Translations under genes and position numbers: made by a program
Notes under the pieces: model-generated
What the model saw: the letters and a program-made list of their open reading frames with translations, nothing else
What the model was told of the DNA's origin: nothing
The model's database searches: none
Shown here: one piece after another, positions 8,781-18,857 of the stretch
Numbering within the stretch: the stretch's first letter is position 1
Layout: the number at the start of each line of letters is the position of its first letter
Virus record (IMG/VR): IMGVR_UViG_3300035670_000272
Coordinates: 1 to 54,356 of that record
DNA length: 54,356 nt
Reading direction: 5' to 3' (one strand)
Source: a virus
Taxonomy: Duplodnaviria > Caudoviricetes

Positions 8781-10041
8781 CACAGGCTCAGGCCGGGACG
8801 AGTTCATTGAACTAGGTTCCTCGGGTCTGCGGCGTTCTGGCGGGATCATCAACGAGGAGTTCCTGCCTAACCTTCAGGGCGTCAAGGGCTTCAAGATCTA
8901 CCGCGAGATGCGGGATAACGACCCCGTTGTCGGGGCGATGCTGTACGCGATCGACAAGGTAATCACTCGCCTCGAATGGAAGGTCGAGGGGGAGGACGAG
9001 CGGACCGCGACGTTCGTGCAGGAATGTATCGACGATATGTCCGATTCCTGGGACGCGACCCTTCAGAACATCCTGTCGATGCTCGTCTACGGATGGTCGT
9101 TCCATGAGGTCGTTTACAAGATCCGTGGCGGTATGACGGACGACCCGAAGACAGATTCCCGCTTCAAGGATTACCGTATCGGCTGGCGGAAGTGGCCGGT
9201 GCGTGCGCAGGAGACTCTTCAGGAGTGGATGCTTGACGAGCGCGGCGGCATCCAGGGAATGATCCAGATGGACCCGTCCGGCGGCGGTCTTCACCGTATC
9301 CCGATCGAGAAGGCTCTCCTGTTCCGTACGACGACGAACCGGAACAACCCCGAGGGCTACTCCCTGCTGCGTAACGCTTACCGTCCGTGGTACTACAAGC
9401 GCAGGATCGAGGAGATCGAGGCTGTCGGTATCGAGCGCGATCTCGCTGGCCTGCCGATGGCGTATGTGCCGCCCGAGTATCTGATGAATACGGCGAACGC
9501 GGCGCAGAAGGCTGTCCTCAACACGATCACGGAGATCGTCCAGAACGTGAAGCGTAACGAGCAGGAAGGGATCGTGTTCCCTGCCGCCTACGATGAGCAG
9601 GGGAACCGCGTCTTCGACCTGACACTGCTCAGCGCTTCGGGTACGCGGCAGTTCGATACGGGCGCAGTCATCCAGCGTTACGACCAGCGCATCAGCATGT
9701 CGCTGCTCTCGGACTTCCTACTGCTGGGTAGCGATCGTGTCGGGTCGTTCGCGCTCGGCACGGCGAAGGTGGACCTGTGGACGCTGGCGGTTGATAGTAT
9801 CGCGAAGACGATCGCGGAGGTCGTGAATCAGTACGCGATCCCGCGTCTCCTGAAACTGAACGCGATGCGGACCGACAAGATGCCGGAACTGACGTACGGT
9901 CAGGTGTCGAGTGTCGAACTGAACGAGGTCGCGGATTACGTCTCGAAGTTGATGGGCGTCGGCGCGATCATGCCGGACCCGCAGTTGGAGACACACCTCC
10001 GTTCGCTGGGTGACTTGCCCGAGTCCGAGCCGTTAATCTAG
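8767..10041 (+). CDS. Portal protein (DUF935/Mu gp29-like)
   Basis: NPEGYSLLRNAYRPWYYK, IERDLAGLP, GSFALG; precedes MuF. Confidence 0.85.
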   Translation: MHGDDTGSGRDEFIELGSSGLRRSGGIINEEFLPNLQGVKGFKIYREMRDNDPVVGAMLYAIDKVITRLEWKVEGEDERTATFVQECIDDMSDSWDATLQNILSMLVYGWSFHEVVYKIRGGMTDDPKTDSRFKDYRIGWRKWPVRAQETLQEWMLDERGGIQGMIQMDPSGGGLHRIPIEKALLFRTTTNRNNPEGYSLLRNAYRPWYYKRRIEEIEAVGIERDLAGLPMAYVPPEYLMNTANAAQKAVLNTITEIVQNVKRNEQEGIVFPAAYDEQGNRVFDLTLLSASGTRQFDTGAVIQRYDQRISMSLLSDFLLLGSDRVGSFALGTAKVDLWTLAVDSIAKTIAEVVNQYAIPRLLKLNAMRTDKMPELTYGQVSSVELNEVADYVSKLMGVGAIMPDPQLETHLRSLGDLPESEPLI

Positions 10042-10045
10042 TCGC

Positions 10046-11914
10046 ATGCTGGTGTTCAAGGCGTGGCGGAAGTCGCCAGCGCTAACCCAGGAGACGACCC
10101 CGAGCCAGCGCAGGATCACGCGCATCCTGAGCGACGCGCAGCAGGCGGCAGCGCGGGAGTTCGGGGAGCGGCAGCGGGAGGTTGCTGATCTTCTGTCGCG
10201 GGGCCAGGTCGATCGTGTAGTGGCGATGTTGCCGACTGAGCCGTGGCTGGTCGCACAGGAGCAGTTGGCCGCCGAGTTGCTTGGTGAGTTGCTGGACGCG
10301 GGTTCTCGGGTGAAGTTGCCGACGATCGAGAAGGCGACGCTGGAGTTCTCGTTCGATAGGGGTAGGCCGGAGTCCGTGTCTTGGGCGCGGCAGGAGGCAG
10401 GGAACCTTATCTCTCAGATCACGGGTGAGCAGCGGAACGTCGTGCGTGACGTTGTTGCGCTCGCGGGGATGGGCGATGCGGATTGGGGTGATGTTTCCCG
10501 CGAGGTTCAGGGTTCTATCGGGCTCACGACGCAGCAAGCAGGCTGGGTATCTAACTATTACGATCGCGCGTTCTCGCAGCAGATACGGGCAGGCGCGAGC
10601 CCGAGCCAGGCAGCAGCCCGAGCGAGAGACGCATCGGCGCGTTACCAGACCAGCGTTCACCGTTACCGAGCCAACACGATCGCACGCACCGAGACCATGC
10701 GAGCCGCAAGCGAAGGGCGCATGCAGGCGTGGAATCAAGGCCTCACGGATGGGTTCATTTCTCCGTTGTGGGATAAGGAGTGGGTCGCGGAGGCTGACGC
10801 TTGCGACATCTGTCAGGGTCTCGACCGGAATCGCGTGAAGGTGAAGGAGTCGTTCTCGGTCGGTGACCCCCCTGCGCATCCGAACTGCCGATGCGACGTT
10901 ATTCTCGTGCCGCCGAACGTGAAGCCTCAGAGCGCGGGTGGCTTCGGGTTCACCCTGCCTGATGTGCTGTTCAATCTGCCGATCGACGATCTGCTGTTCA
11001 ATCTGCTGTTCAATCAGCCGCTCCCGAGGATTCCTGGCTGGGGACCGAGGCAGCCCGCACCGGAAGTTACTAGGCCGCCAGAGCCGCCTAAGTTCCGGCA
11101 ACCTGGCGAGAAGCCTTCATTCGATGACATCGTTGATAACGCTGAAGAGATTATTGACGAAATGATGGCGAGGGCGCAGGAGGCCATCGACGCTGGCGAT
11201 AGTGACACATCACTCGGTGACTCGATGCTGTCGGCGATCTACAGGAGGATGGGATACGAAGGGCTCCCGCAAGTCGTTGATGAAGATATCTTCGAGCAGT
11301 TAGCGCAAGAGCAGACGATCTGGTTCAGGGGCATGCAAGCGTTTGGGAGAGAGGCAGATGATTTCCTCGACATGCTGCGCTTCGGCGATTATTACGCCGG
11401 TTACGGCACCTTCGGTAACGGCACATATGCCAGCAACTACGAGCGAACAGCCGTTTCCTACGGCGCAGGAAGATTAGGCAACGTTATCCGCATCCTCCTG
11501 AGCCCTACGGCACGGGTCATCGAAAGCAACGACCTCATGGTCATGTATCGGGATTGGCATAGACAATTCGGCGCTACGGGTCCCGCGACCATGCTGATGG
11601 ACGATATGGGTCGCTTTGCCGCCGCGAAGGGATACGACGCCATTATGGTTACCGATATCGGCCTGGGCGGTCCGGGGGGAAAGGAAAGTTACATAGTCAT
11701 CCTCAACCGCAACCTCATGGTGCTGCCGAAAGCGAATGGCCTCGGCCCGAATGTTATCGAGCGAAACGTTCTGGAAAGGGCATGGAACGAGGCGGTCGCT
11801 AACGATCCGAGCATCCTACAAACTTTCGGCAGTATGTACAGTTACGCGAGAAGCAGAGGGTTCAAGTCCGTATGGGAAGGCAGCACCCTCTACGACTTGA
11901 CCATGTTCGATTAG
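10046..11914 (+). CDS. MuF-like head morphogenesis protein with C-terminal ADP-ribosyltransferase-like extension
   Basis: RANTIARTE...PPAHPNCRC MuF core; Pro-rich linker; FRG...GYGTFGNGTY...GYDAI...ESYIVILN. Confidence 0.75.
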   Translation: MLVFKAWRKSPALTQETTPSQRRITRILSDAQQAAAREFGERQREVADLLSRGQVDRVVAMLPTEPWLVAQEQLAAELLGELLDAGSRVKLPTIEKATLEFSFDRGRPESVSWARQEAGNLISQITGEQRNVVRDVVALAGMGDADWGDVSREVQGSIGLTTQQAGWVSNYYDRAFSQQIRAGASPSQAAARARDASARYQTSVHRYRANTIARTETMRAASEGRMQAWNQGLTDGFISPLWDKEWVAEADACDICQGLDRNRVKVKESFSVGDPPAHPNCRCDVILVPPNVKPQSAGGFGFTLPDVLFNLPIDDLLFNLLFNQPLPRIPGWGPRQPAPEVTRPPEPPKFRQPGEKPSFDDIVDNAEEIIDEMMARAQEAIDAGDSDTSLGDSMLSAIYRRMGYEGLPQVVDEDIFEQLAQEQTIWFRGMQAFGREADDFLDMLRFGDYYAGYGTFGNGTYASNYERTAVSYGAGRLGNVIRILLSPTARVIESNDLMVMYRDWHRQFGATGPATMLMDDMGRFAAAKGYDAIMVTDIGLGGPGGKESYIVILNRNLMVLPKANGLGPNVIERNVLERAWNEAVANDPSILQTFGSMYSYARSRGFKSVWEGSTLYDLTMFD

Positions 11915-11919
11915 GGGAG

Positions 11920-12117
11920 ATGAGTGAAATGTCAGTAGCGACCGATCCCGAAGCCTCACGCCGGCTAGCCCTGGCGATGTTCCGGGCTGACCTCACGCCA
12001 GAGGAGCAGATCGACGCGGCTGATGCCTCGCGTCGCGCCGCCAGTTGGAAAGACCTGCCACAATGGTTACGCAACGTAGTCGCGGAGACGGAACGGGAAT
12101 ACGATGGATCTGCTTGA
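11920..12117 (+). CDS. Small hypothetical protein downstream of MuF
   Basis: AGGGGAG RBS before ATG 11920; overlaps the next gene. Confidence 0.5.
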   Translation: MSEMSVATDPEASRRLALAMFRADLTPEEQIDAADASRRAASWKDLPQWLRNVVAETEREYDGSA

Positions 12118-14194
12118 TCGCGTGAACGCGCTAACTGACGACCAACTAAGGATGGTCGCCGAACGCGATGATGCTTCCGGTGTCCTTGCTGCATACCGGC
12201 TCGCCGAACTGCGTGGCCTGCCGTACCCCGATCGCGAGGCTGCGATCCTGGGTGACGGCTACGTTATCGTGGCGCAGAACGGTGAGATCCGTAAGGTGCC
12301 GATCGAGTCGGTCGAGAAGATCATTCGCGAAGAGGGCGGCGAATACTGCGTGTATTCGGAGGACGGCTCGCGTTCATTCGGTTGCTACCCGACGATGGCT
12401 GACGCCGAGAACCGGCTCCGCCAGATTCATGTGTTCCGCGCGGCTATGCGTGAGGGCTCGTTCGTTTCGTGGAACTCGTCGGGCGGTAGGGCGCGGGGCC
12501 AGATTGAGCACATCATGTACGAGGGAACGCTCGGCGTGCCGGATTCCGATTTCTCGATCAACGCGGAGCCGGACGACCCTGCGGTACTGATCCGTATTTG
12601 GCGACAGGGCTCTGACGGTTGGGCGGCGACCGAGACCCTAGTTGGTCACAAGATGTCTACCCTCACCAGCATCCAGTCGCTCGCTAAGGCGACGAAGCGC
12701 GAGGACGGGGAGGACTTCCCTCCCGAGGCGTTCGCGTACGTGCCGGACCCTGAATCACCGTCTACATGGAAGTTGCGGCTATGGGACTCGATGGAAGAGA
12801 AGGTAACCGCTGCTCAGGTGGGTCGTGCGCTCGCTGCGCTGGGACCGGGTGGCTTCCGAGGGAACCGGGTACAGATTCCGGCGGAGGACCTTCCTGCTGT
12901 GCGCCGCAAGATCCTTACTGCGTGGCGGAGCGTCCATGAAGGCGACGAGGAGATCCCCGAGGTTCTGAAGAAGGAGTCGTTCGTGCCACCGAAGGGTGTG
13001 CAGGAAGCCGCTCAACGCGCTCTCGATTGGATCGCGGAAGGTCACGCCGGTTCGGGGTTCACAGATGTTGGTCGGGCTCGGGCAGCGCAACTAGCGCGCG
13101 GTGACGCCGTTAGCGAGACCACGATCCGGCGTATGCGTTCGTTCCTGGCTAGGCACGGCGTAAACCGGGAGAAGCCGGGCTGGAACGCCGGTGATGAGGG
13201 CTTCCCTTCGGGCGGTCGGGTCGCTTGGGATGCGTGGGGCGGCGACGCTGCCGTGTCGTGGACTGAACGCATCATGGGACAGATCACGGATGAAGAGAAG
13301 CAGTACGACCCGGACGATCTTCTGACACCGCGCCAGAAGATGATGTACGAGAAGTACGAGTGGATCGCGGAAAGCATCGGCCCTTGGGACGGCGGCATCA
13401 GCGGTTCGGGCGCTCACTACATCCCCGCCTCAGATAACGTGTTCGCTGAGTCGGACATCAAGTGCGCTAACTGCGTCTTCTTCGAGGGCGGTGGCGGCTG
13501 CGAGATCCTTGACATGGCGGTCGAGCCGGAGGGTGCCTGCAAACTCTGGATCATCCCCGAGGGTCAAGTGAAGGAGACTGTGAAGTCCCTGTCGCGCGAC
13601 GATCGGTTCCTCCGTAAGCAGGCGGCGTCCCGCTTCACGCTCGGTCCTCTGTATGTGCCGGACTTCATGGACGCTCACGGTGAATGGACCGATAGCGAGG
13701 AGTTGCAGCAGGCGGTGTGGAAGTGGGTTCAGGGCGGCGACCGCACTATCTACCTTCAGCACGACCGGGAAGTACGGGCTGGCGAGTGGGTCGAGGTCAT
13801 GACGATGCCGCAACCCTGGACCGTCGATATGTTGAACGGGCAGGGCGAGTCGATCGGGAAGATCACGTACCCGAAGGGCACCGTCTTCCTCGGCGTTATT
13901 TGGGATGAGGGTCCCTGGAAGCAGATCCTGAACGGCGAACTGCGCGGATACAGCATCGGCGGCTTCTCTGACCGTGTGCTGGCTGATTTGCCGGAGGAGG
14001 CGGCTCGCGACGGTATCGAACTGGAGCAGGAACCGTCGCTGGCGAAGTCGATCGCTGACGCGGTGGCCGAGGCGATGAGACAATCGCAGCCTGTCGTGAA
14101 TGTCGTTATGCCGGAGCAGGGTAAGGCGAAGGTGCGGCGTATTGAACGGGACGAGCATGGCAACATCGCTCGCATTATCGAAGAGGATGAGTAA
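12104..14194 (+). CDS. Multi-domain prohead protease (C-terminal XkdF-like serine protease)
   Basis: C-terminal LGPLYVPD..DAHGE...LQHD...ILNGELRGYSIGG; long multi-domain N-terminus. Confidence 0.75.
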   Translation: MDLLDRVNALTDDQLRMVAERDDASGVLAAYRLAELRGLPYPDREAAILGDGYVIVAQNGEIRKVPIESVEKIIREEGGEYCVYSEDGSRSFGCYPTMADAENRLRQIHVFRAAMREGSFVSWNSSGGRARGQIEHIMYEGTLGVPDSDFSINAEPDDPAVLIRIWRQGSDGWAATETLVGHKMSTLTSIQSLAKATKREDGEDFPPEAFAYVPDPESPSTWKLRLWDSMEEKVTAAQVGRALAALGPGGFRGNRVQIPAEDLPAVRRKILTAWRSVHEGDEEIPEVLKKESFVPPKGVQEAAQRALDWIAEGHAGSGFTDVGRARAAQLARGDAVSETTIRRMRSFLARHGVNREKPGWNAGDEGFPSGGRVAWDAWGGDAAVSWTERIMGQITDEEKQYDPDDLLTPRQKMMYEKYEWIAESIGPWDGGISGSGAHYIPASDNVFAESDIKCANCVFFEGGGGCEILDMAVEPEGACKLWIIPEGQVKETVKSLSRDDRFLRKQAASRFTLGPLYVPDFMDAHGEWTDSEELQQAVWKWVQGGDRTIYLQHDREVRAGEWVEVMTMPQPWTVDMLNGQGESIGKITYPKGTVFLGVIWDEGPWKQILNGELRGYSIGGFSDRVLADLPEEAARDGIELEQEPSLAKSIADAVAEAMRQSQPVVNVVMPEQGKAKVRRIERDEHGNIARIIEEDE

Positions 14195-14550
14195 TGGCTG
14201 GTCTTGTTGATGCGGGCAAGAACCTTATGCTTGACGGGTTCGCAGGCTCGGTGACGTTTGTTTCGCTGCATACCGCTGACCCTTCGACGGGCGGCACGGA
14301 TGAGGTTTCTGCGTCGCCGTACACGCGGGAGGCTGTGTCGTGGGCGTCCGCCGCGAGCGGTAGCGTGTCGAGTGCGTCTGCGATCGTCTTCGATGTTCCG
14401 GGTTCGACGACGATCACACATCTCGGCTACTGGTCGGCATCAACGAGCGGCACATTCTATGGGTCACGTGCGCTTGATACTGCGCAGACGTTCGCTACTG
14501 CGGGAACGTACACGATCACGACCGGGAACATTACTGAATCCATATCGTAA
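14194..14550 (+). CDS. Virion structural protein
   Basis: VSLHTADP...YTRE, ITHLGYW...GTFY; Ser/Thr/Gly-rich. Confidence 0.6.
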   Translation: MAGLVDAGKNLMLDGFAGSVTFVSLHTADPSTGGTDEVSASPYTREAVSWASAASGSVSSASAIVFDVPGSTTITHLGYWSASTSGTFYGSRALDTAQTFATAGTYTITTGNITESIS

Positions 14551-15431
14551 TGTCCTTCCCGTATGACGATCCTAGAATCCCGTATTCTGTTGGAAAGATA
14601 CGATACGACGGTTCAGCAGATGGTCTGATCCAGGGGCTGAATGCTTTCACAGGCAGCACACAAAGCCAAAGCAATAATTCTAGTGGTTTAGTTTTCGGTG
14701 TTGTTGGCTACTCGGGATCGGTCGCAGGTTCCTCTCTTGCTGACGGCGCAACGGGCGGCGAAGTTGGCTACACGGGTTTCGCATTTGGGTCTGTTGCTAG
14801 TTCTGGTTCAGTATCAGGTATCTCCGGATTTATCGGGATTGCGTCGGCGGTCACGGTCGTCGCAGGGGTTGTCGGCGGTTTCCCTGCACTAAACGGCAAC
14901 ATCGCCGGGACGATTGCCATGCAAGGCGCGGCTGGTGGGTCTGCGAGACTCGCAGGGGCGGCGGCGGGAGCGTCTGGCACTACGGGCGTGGCTGCGGGTT
15001 CTGTCGGCTACACAGGTAGCGTTACGGGGGCTAGCGGGACTGTCGGGGCGGGTACTGGTTTTGTCGGCTTCACGGGTTTTATAGGCGGTTCGACGGGTGC
15101 GGCGGGTGTAGCGATTGGATCACCCAACAGCAGCGGCAGTATTGCCGGGAGCAGCGTCAGCACGGGTCGTATAACCCCGGTATCGCCATCTGCGCCACCG
15201 GATTTGCCTGCAAGCGGCGGTTACGTTTGGTCGTTCTCCGGCGACGCGACACTCATCGACCCGTCAGGACTCATCGACGGACTGACGCAATCAGTCGCAA
15301 GAGTCAGCGGCACAATCGGTCACACAGGCGGCACGATCGGACTCATCCCAACGTTGGGCAGCGCCACGGGCCAGGTTCGTATCCGCGAGGACGACGACAT
15401 GGAGATTCTGCAACTACTCGGCATCCTCTAA
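14550..15431 (+). CDS. Gly/Ser/Ala-rich repetitive structural protein
   Basis: Recurrent VGYTGSVxG-like units. Confidence 0.55.
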   Translation: MSFPYDDPRIPYSVGKIRYDGSADGLIQGLNAFTGSTQSQSNNSSGLVFGVVGYSGSVAGSSLADGATGGEVGYTGFAFGSVASSGSVSGISGFIGIASAVTVVAGVVGGFPALNGNIAGTIAMQGAAGGSARLAGAAAGASGTTGVAAGSVGYTGSVTGASGTVGAGTGFVGFTGFIGGSTGAAGVAIGSPNSSGSIAGSSVSTGRITPVSPSAPPDLPASGGYVWSFSGDATLIDPSGLIDGLTQSVARVSGTIGHTGGTIGLIPTLGSATGQVRIREDDDMEILQLLGIL

Positions 15432-15441
15432 CATAGACGTT

Positions 15442-15645
15442 ATGGCTAAGACGATCCGGCCCGGCACCTACGTCAAGGTTGAGACAGACGCAGGCAGGAT
15501 TCGCCATGCGCGGGTCACGGCGGTCACGGACCAAGACAACATCACGGCGCGGCTCGGCACCGCCAAGACAAGCGCATCCGTGACGTTCGAGGCGGATCGC
15601 ATCGCATCGACAACGACCCGAGGCACCATCTTCCAGGAGGACTGA
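15442..15645 (+). CDS. Hypothetical SH3/KOW-like small protein
   Basis: IRPGTYVKV...ARVTAV; fills the gap between genes. Confidence 0.5.
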   Translation: MAKTIRPGTYVKVETDAGRIRHARVTAVTDQDNITARLGTAKTSASVTFEADRIASTTTRGTIFQED

Positions 15646-16575
15646 GTGCGTTGGCTTGTTACTGGCGGTGCGGGCTACATCGGTTCTCACGTGCTGCGCT
15701 CGCTCATCGCGGCAGGCCACGATGCGGTCGTCATCGACAACCTATCGAACGGTAACAGGAGGCGCGTACCTCCGACTGTCAGGTTCGTCGACGGCGACAT
15801 ACGGGACGGCGACCTGCTGCTCGACGCTATCGAGGATGTCGATGGCGTTATTCATCTCGCGGGTCTGAAGTCGGTAGCCGAATCTGTAGATAAGCCGCTC
15901 GCCTATTACGACACGAACGTCACCGGGACACTCAGCGTCCTCCGCGCGATGCGTTACCGGAACGTGTGCCGCATCCTGTTCTCTAGCACCGCGTCCCTGT
16001 ACGCGCCAAGCGATCTCCCGATCAAGGAGATCAACGCGACCTACCTGTCGTCTCCGTATGCGGCAAGTAAGTTCATGGCGGAACGGCTCATCGCCGATAA
16101 TGCGCGAGCGACAGGTGGCGAGTACGCGATCCTGCGTTACTTCAACGTCGCTGGTGCCGTGTCACCCGATCTGCGCGACGACTCGCAAGACAACCTGCTG
16201 CCGCGACTGACGCGCGCGCTCCGCAACGGTGAAGCGCCGGAGATCTTCGGTGACGACTACCCGACGCGGGACGGGACATGCGTGAGGGATTACGTCCATG
16301 TGGCTGATATCGCCGACGCGCACGTTCTCGTCGCTGAACGGCTCGGCCAACTGGACGAGCAGGTCTACAACGTCGGCACAGGACGCGGCGTAACGGTTCG
16401 CGAGATGGTGTCTGCCGCGAGCCGCGCTGTCGGATGGCAGATCGCGCCCGTCATTCGGGACCGCAGGCCGGGAGATAGCGCTTCGACGATCGCGGACGTT
16501 ACGCGCATCGAGAAGGAACTAGGGTTCAAGGCAAAGTTCGACATCGAGCAGATCGTGGAGTGCGTGAAAGATTAG
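15646..16575 (+). CDS. galE: UDP-glucose 4-epimerase
   Basis: TGGAGYIGSH, SVAESV..PL.YY, YAASK, LRYFNVAGA, PTRDGTCVRDYVHV. Confidence 0.9.
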   Translation: MRWLVTGGAGYIGSHVLRSLIAAGHDAVVIDNLSNGNRRRVPPTVRFVDGDIRDGDLLLDAIEDVDGVIHLAGLKSVAESVDKPLAYYDTNVTGTLSVLRAMRYRNVCRILFSSTASLYAPSDLPIKEINATYLSSPYAASKFMAERLIADNARATGGEYAILRYFNVAGAVSPDLRDDSQDNLLPRLTRALRNGEAPEIFGDDYPTRDGTCVRDYVHVADIADAHVLVAERLGQLDEQVYNVGTGRGVTVREMVSAASRAVGWQIAPVIRDRRPGDSASTIADVTRIEKELGFKAKFDIEQIVECVKD

Positions 16576-16631
16576 CCTCTCAGGGCCTCTCGAAACTCAT
16601 GTATCATTATCCGTGAAGTAGGAGGTGCGGT

Positions 16632-17465
16632 TTGGCGCGCAAAGCCCCCAAGATGACTGAACTCGTCATTGAGGAAACGTCAGGCGTTGATCATCCGGCG
16701 CATTTGCACGAAGGCTGGCTCGTCATCAAGGCGTCTAATACTGAATCTGTGGCAGATGTGCTCGCCGCTCTGCCCGAACCGTTAGGAGAGAGCATGTCGG
16801 AAGAGGCCACAGAGGTCACGGCTGCTGAAGACGAGGTCACTCTCGCCGTTGAGGACGAGAAGGCCGACGGCATGGAGCCGGAGTCGAAGCAGATGGAAGA
16901 GGAACTGGCGATGGCGCAGGCGCGCATCGCTGAGTTGGAGGCTCGAATCTCGGAACTTGAGGGTTCTTCAGATGAGGAGATGGCGGTTGAGGAGGCGGCA
17001 GATGATGTCGTTGCGCTCGCGAAGTCCGCACCCGAGCCGATCCGCAAGGCTATGGAGGAGTTGGCTAAGGCTAAGGCCGAGGCTGAGACTGCTCTCGCGA
17101 AGGAGCGGGAGGATCGCGCTGACGCCGACGCCATCGTCAAGGCGCGCGACACCTTCAAGCACCTCACGCTCGACCCGGAGAAGGTTGGGCCTGCGCTGCG
17201 TCGCCTCGCGGCGATTGACGCCGATCTTGCGAAGAGCGTTGAGGATGCTCTCGCCTCGGCGGACGCGCAGAACGAGTCGGCTGACATCTTCACGGAGGTT
17301 GGCAAGGGCTTCGTCCCTGCGGGTGACGCAATCAACAAGATGACTTCCTTGGCTAAGGCAGCGGTAGCCGAGGGTAAGGCTGCGACCGTCGAGCAGGCAA
17401 TGGCTCAGGTCGCGGTGGAAAACCCTGCCCTCTACAACGATTACCTGAGTGAGAAGGGAGCCTGA
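16632..17465 (+). CDS. Capsid scaffolding protein
   Basis: Acidic/Ala-rich coiled coil directly upstream of decoration and capsid genes; GGAGG RBS. Confidence 0.7.
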   Translation: MARKAPKMTELVIEETSGVDHPAHLHEGWLVIKASNTESVADVLAALPEPLGESMSEEATEVTAAEDEVTLAVEDEKADGMEPESKQMEEELAMAQARIAELEARISELEGSSDEEMAVEEAADDVVALAKSAPEPIRKAMEELAKAKAEAETALAKEREDRADADAIVKARDTFKHLTLDPEKVGPALRRLAAIDADLAKSVEDALASADAQNESADIFTEVGKGFVPAGDAINKMTSLAKAAVAEGKAATVEQAMAQVAVENPALYNDYLSEKGA

Positions 17466-17467
17466 GA

Positions 17468-17866
17468 ATGGCCTTCGAGTTCTCTAATGCCGCAGTCAAG
17501 ACCACGTTCGTCGCTGGCGAGGATCTGTCGGCGAAGCAGTTCCATTTCGTGAAGATCGACAATGGTGACGGTGAGGTCGTCGCTGTGTCGGCTGCCACGG
17601 ATCGTCCCATCGGTGTCCTTCAGAATGCCCCGACCGCTGGTCAGGCTGCTGAGGTCACCATCGTTGGCGGGACCAAGGTTGAGTGCGGTGGCTCCGCTTC
17701 GTTCGGTGAGCCGCTCTTCACTTCGGCTTCCGCTACTGCCGTCACCCTTGTGTTTGGCGGTTCCGCTTCAGCCAACTACGCCGTGGGCACGTTCATCGAG
17801 AACGCCGCTGCCGGTACGGTTGCCGCTGCCGTCATCGACTGCGCCAACGCTGCGCGTGGACTCTAA
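17468..17866 (+). CDS. Capsid decoration/cement protein (DUF2190-like)
   Basis: PIGVLQNAP.AGQAAEV...G.TKV; lies between scaffold and MCP. Confidence 0.7.
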   Translation: MAFEFSNAAVKTTFVAGEDLSAKQFHFVKIDNGDGEVVAVSAATDRPIGVLQNAPTAGQAAEVTIVGGTKVECGGSASFGEPLFTSASATAVTLVFGGSASANYAVGTFIENAAAGTVAAAVIDCANAARGL

Positions 17867-17879
17867 GGAGTAGTAACAA

Positions 17880-18857
17880 ATGCCTCAGCCCACTCAGAGT
17901 CAGGTCCATGTTGACGCAATCCTGACGAACATCAGCGTCGCTTACCTTCAGCGTGCAGAGAACTTCATCGCTGACAAGGTGTTCCCCGTTGTCCCGGTCG
18001 ACAAGCAGTCCGACAAGTACTTCGTTTACTCGAAGAACGACTGGCTGCGTGACGAGGCTCGCGTCCGCACGGACGGTACCGAGTCTGTCGGCTCCGGCTA
18101 CAACATCACGACCGAGACGTACTACGCCGACGTTTACGCGATCCACAAGGATATCGGCGACCAGACGCGCGCTAACGCTGACGCCCCGATCAACGTTGAT
18201 CGTGAGGCTGCGGAGTTCGTTACGCACCGCCTGCTCACTCGCCGCGAGATCCAGTTCGTGAACGACTTCATGACCACGAACAAGTGGGCCACGGACGTCA
18301 CCGGTGTTGCCGCTTCCCCCACCACGGGCCAGACGGTTCAGTGGTCGGACTACACCAACTCTGACCCGATCGAGGACATCGAGGCTGGCAAGGCTCAGAT
18401 CCTCAGCACGACGGGCCTGGAGGCTAACACCCTCGTCCTCGGTTACGACGTCTTCCGCAAGTTGAAGAATCACCCGGATCTCGTCGATCGCATCAAGTAC
18501 ACCAGCAGCCAGACGATCACGGAGGACATGCTTGCTCGCATGTTCGATATCGAGCGCGTGCTTGTGTCGAAGTCCGTGAAGGCGACGAACGCTGAGGGTG
18601 CTACTGGCGCTTACTCGTTCACGACGGGCAAGACGGCGCTTCTCGCGCACGTTGCCCCGACGCCGGGCATCCTTACCCCGTCCGCTGGCTACACGTTCTC
18701 GTGGACTGGCGTTTCGCAGGGCATGGGCCTCACGATCGGTACGTCATCGTTCCGGCTTGAGTCGCTGCGCGCGACCCGCGTCGAGGCTGAGTTGGCGTTC
18801 GACAACAAGGTCGTCGCTTCGGATCTCGGCTACTTCTGGAACACCATCGTTGCCTGA
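17880..18857 (+). CDS. Major capsid protein
   Basis: VDAILTNISVAY...FIADKVFP.VPVDKQS, LKNHP; strong codon bias; AAGGAG RBS. Confidence 0.9.
   Translation: MPQPTQSQVHVDAILTNISVAYLQRAENFIADKVFPVVPVDKQSDKYFVYSKNDWLRDEARVRTDGTESVGSGYNITTETYYADVYAIHKDIGDQTRANADAPINVDREAAEFVTHRLLTRREIQFVNDFMTTNKWATDVTGVAASPTTGQTVQWSDYTNSDPIEDIEAGKAQILSTTGLEANTLVLGYDVFRKLKNHPDLVDRIKYTSSQTITEDMLARMFDIERVLVSKSVKATNAEGATGAYSFTTGKTALLAHVAPTPGILTPSAGYTFSWTGVSQGMGLTIGTSSFRLESLRATRVEAELAFDNKVVASDLGYFWNTIVA

Noticed and set aside
10965-11015. Three copies of (C)TGCTGTTCAAT in the MuF linker
   Set aside because: This is a short in-frame LLFN micro-duplication in a low-complexity linker, with no evidence of a further role.
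10082-11101. Long antisense ORFs in the track (for example 10082..11101, 13430..14158, 17832..18650, 21287..22132)
   Set aside because: They are shadow ORFs opposite well-supported genes in high-GC DNA, with no motifs or RBS.
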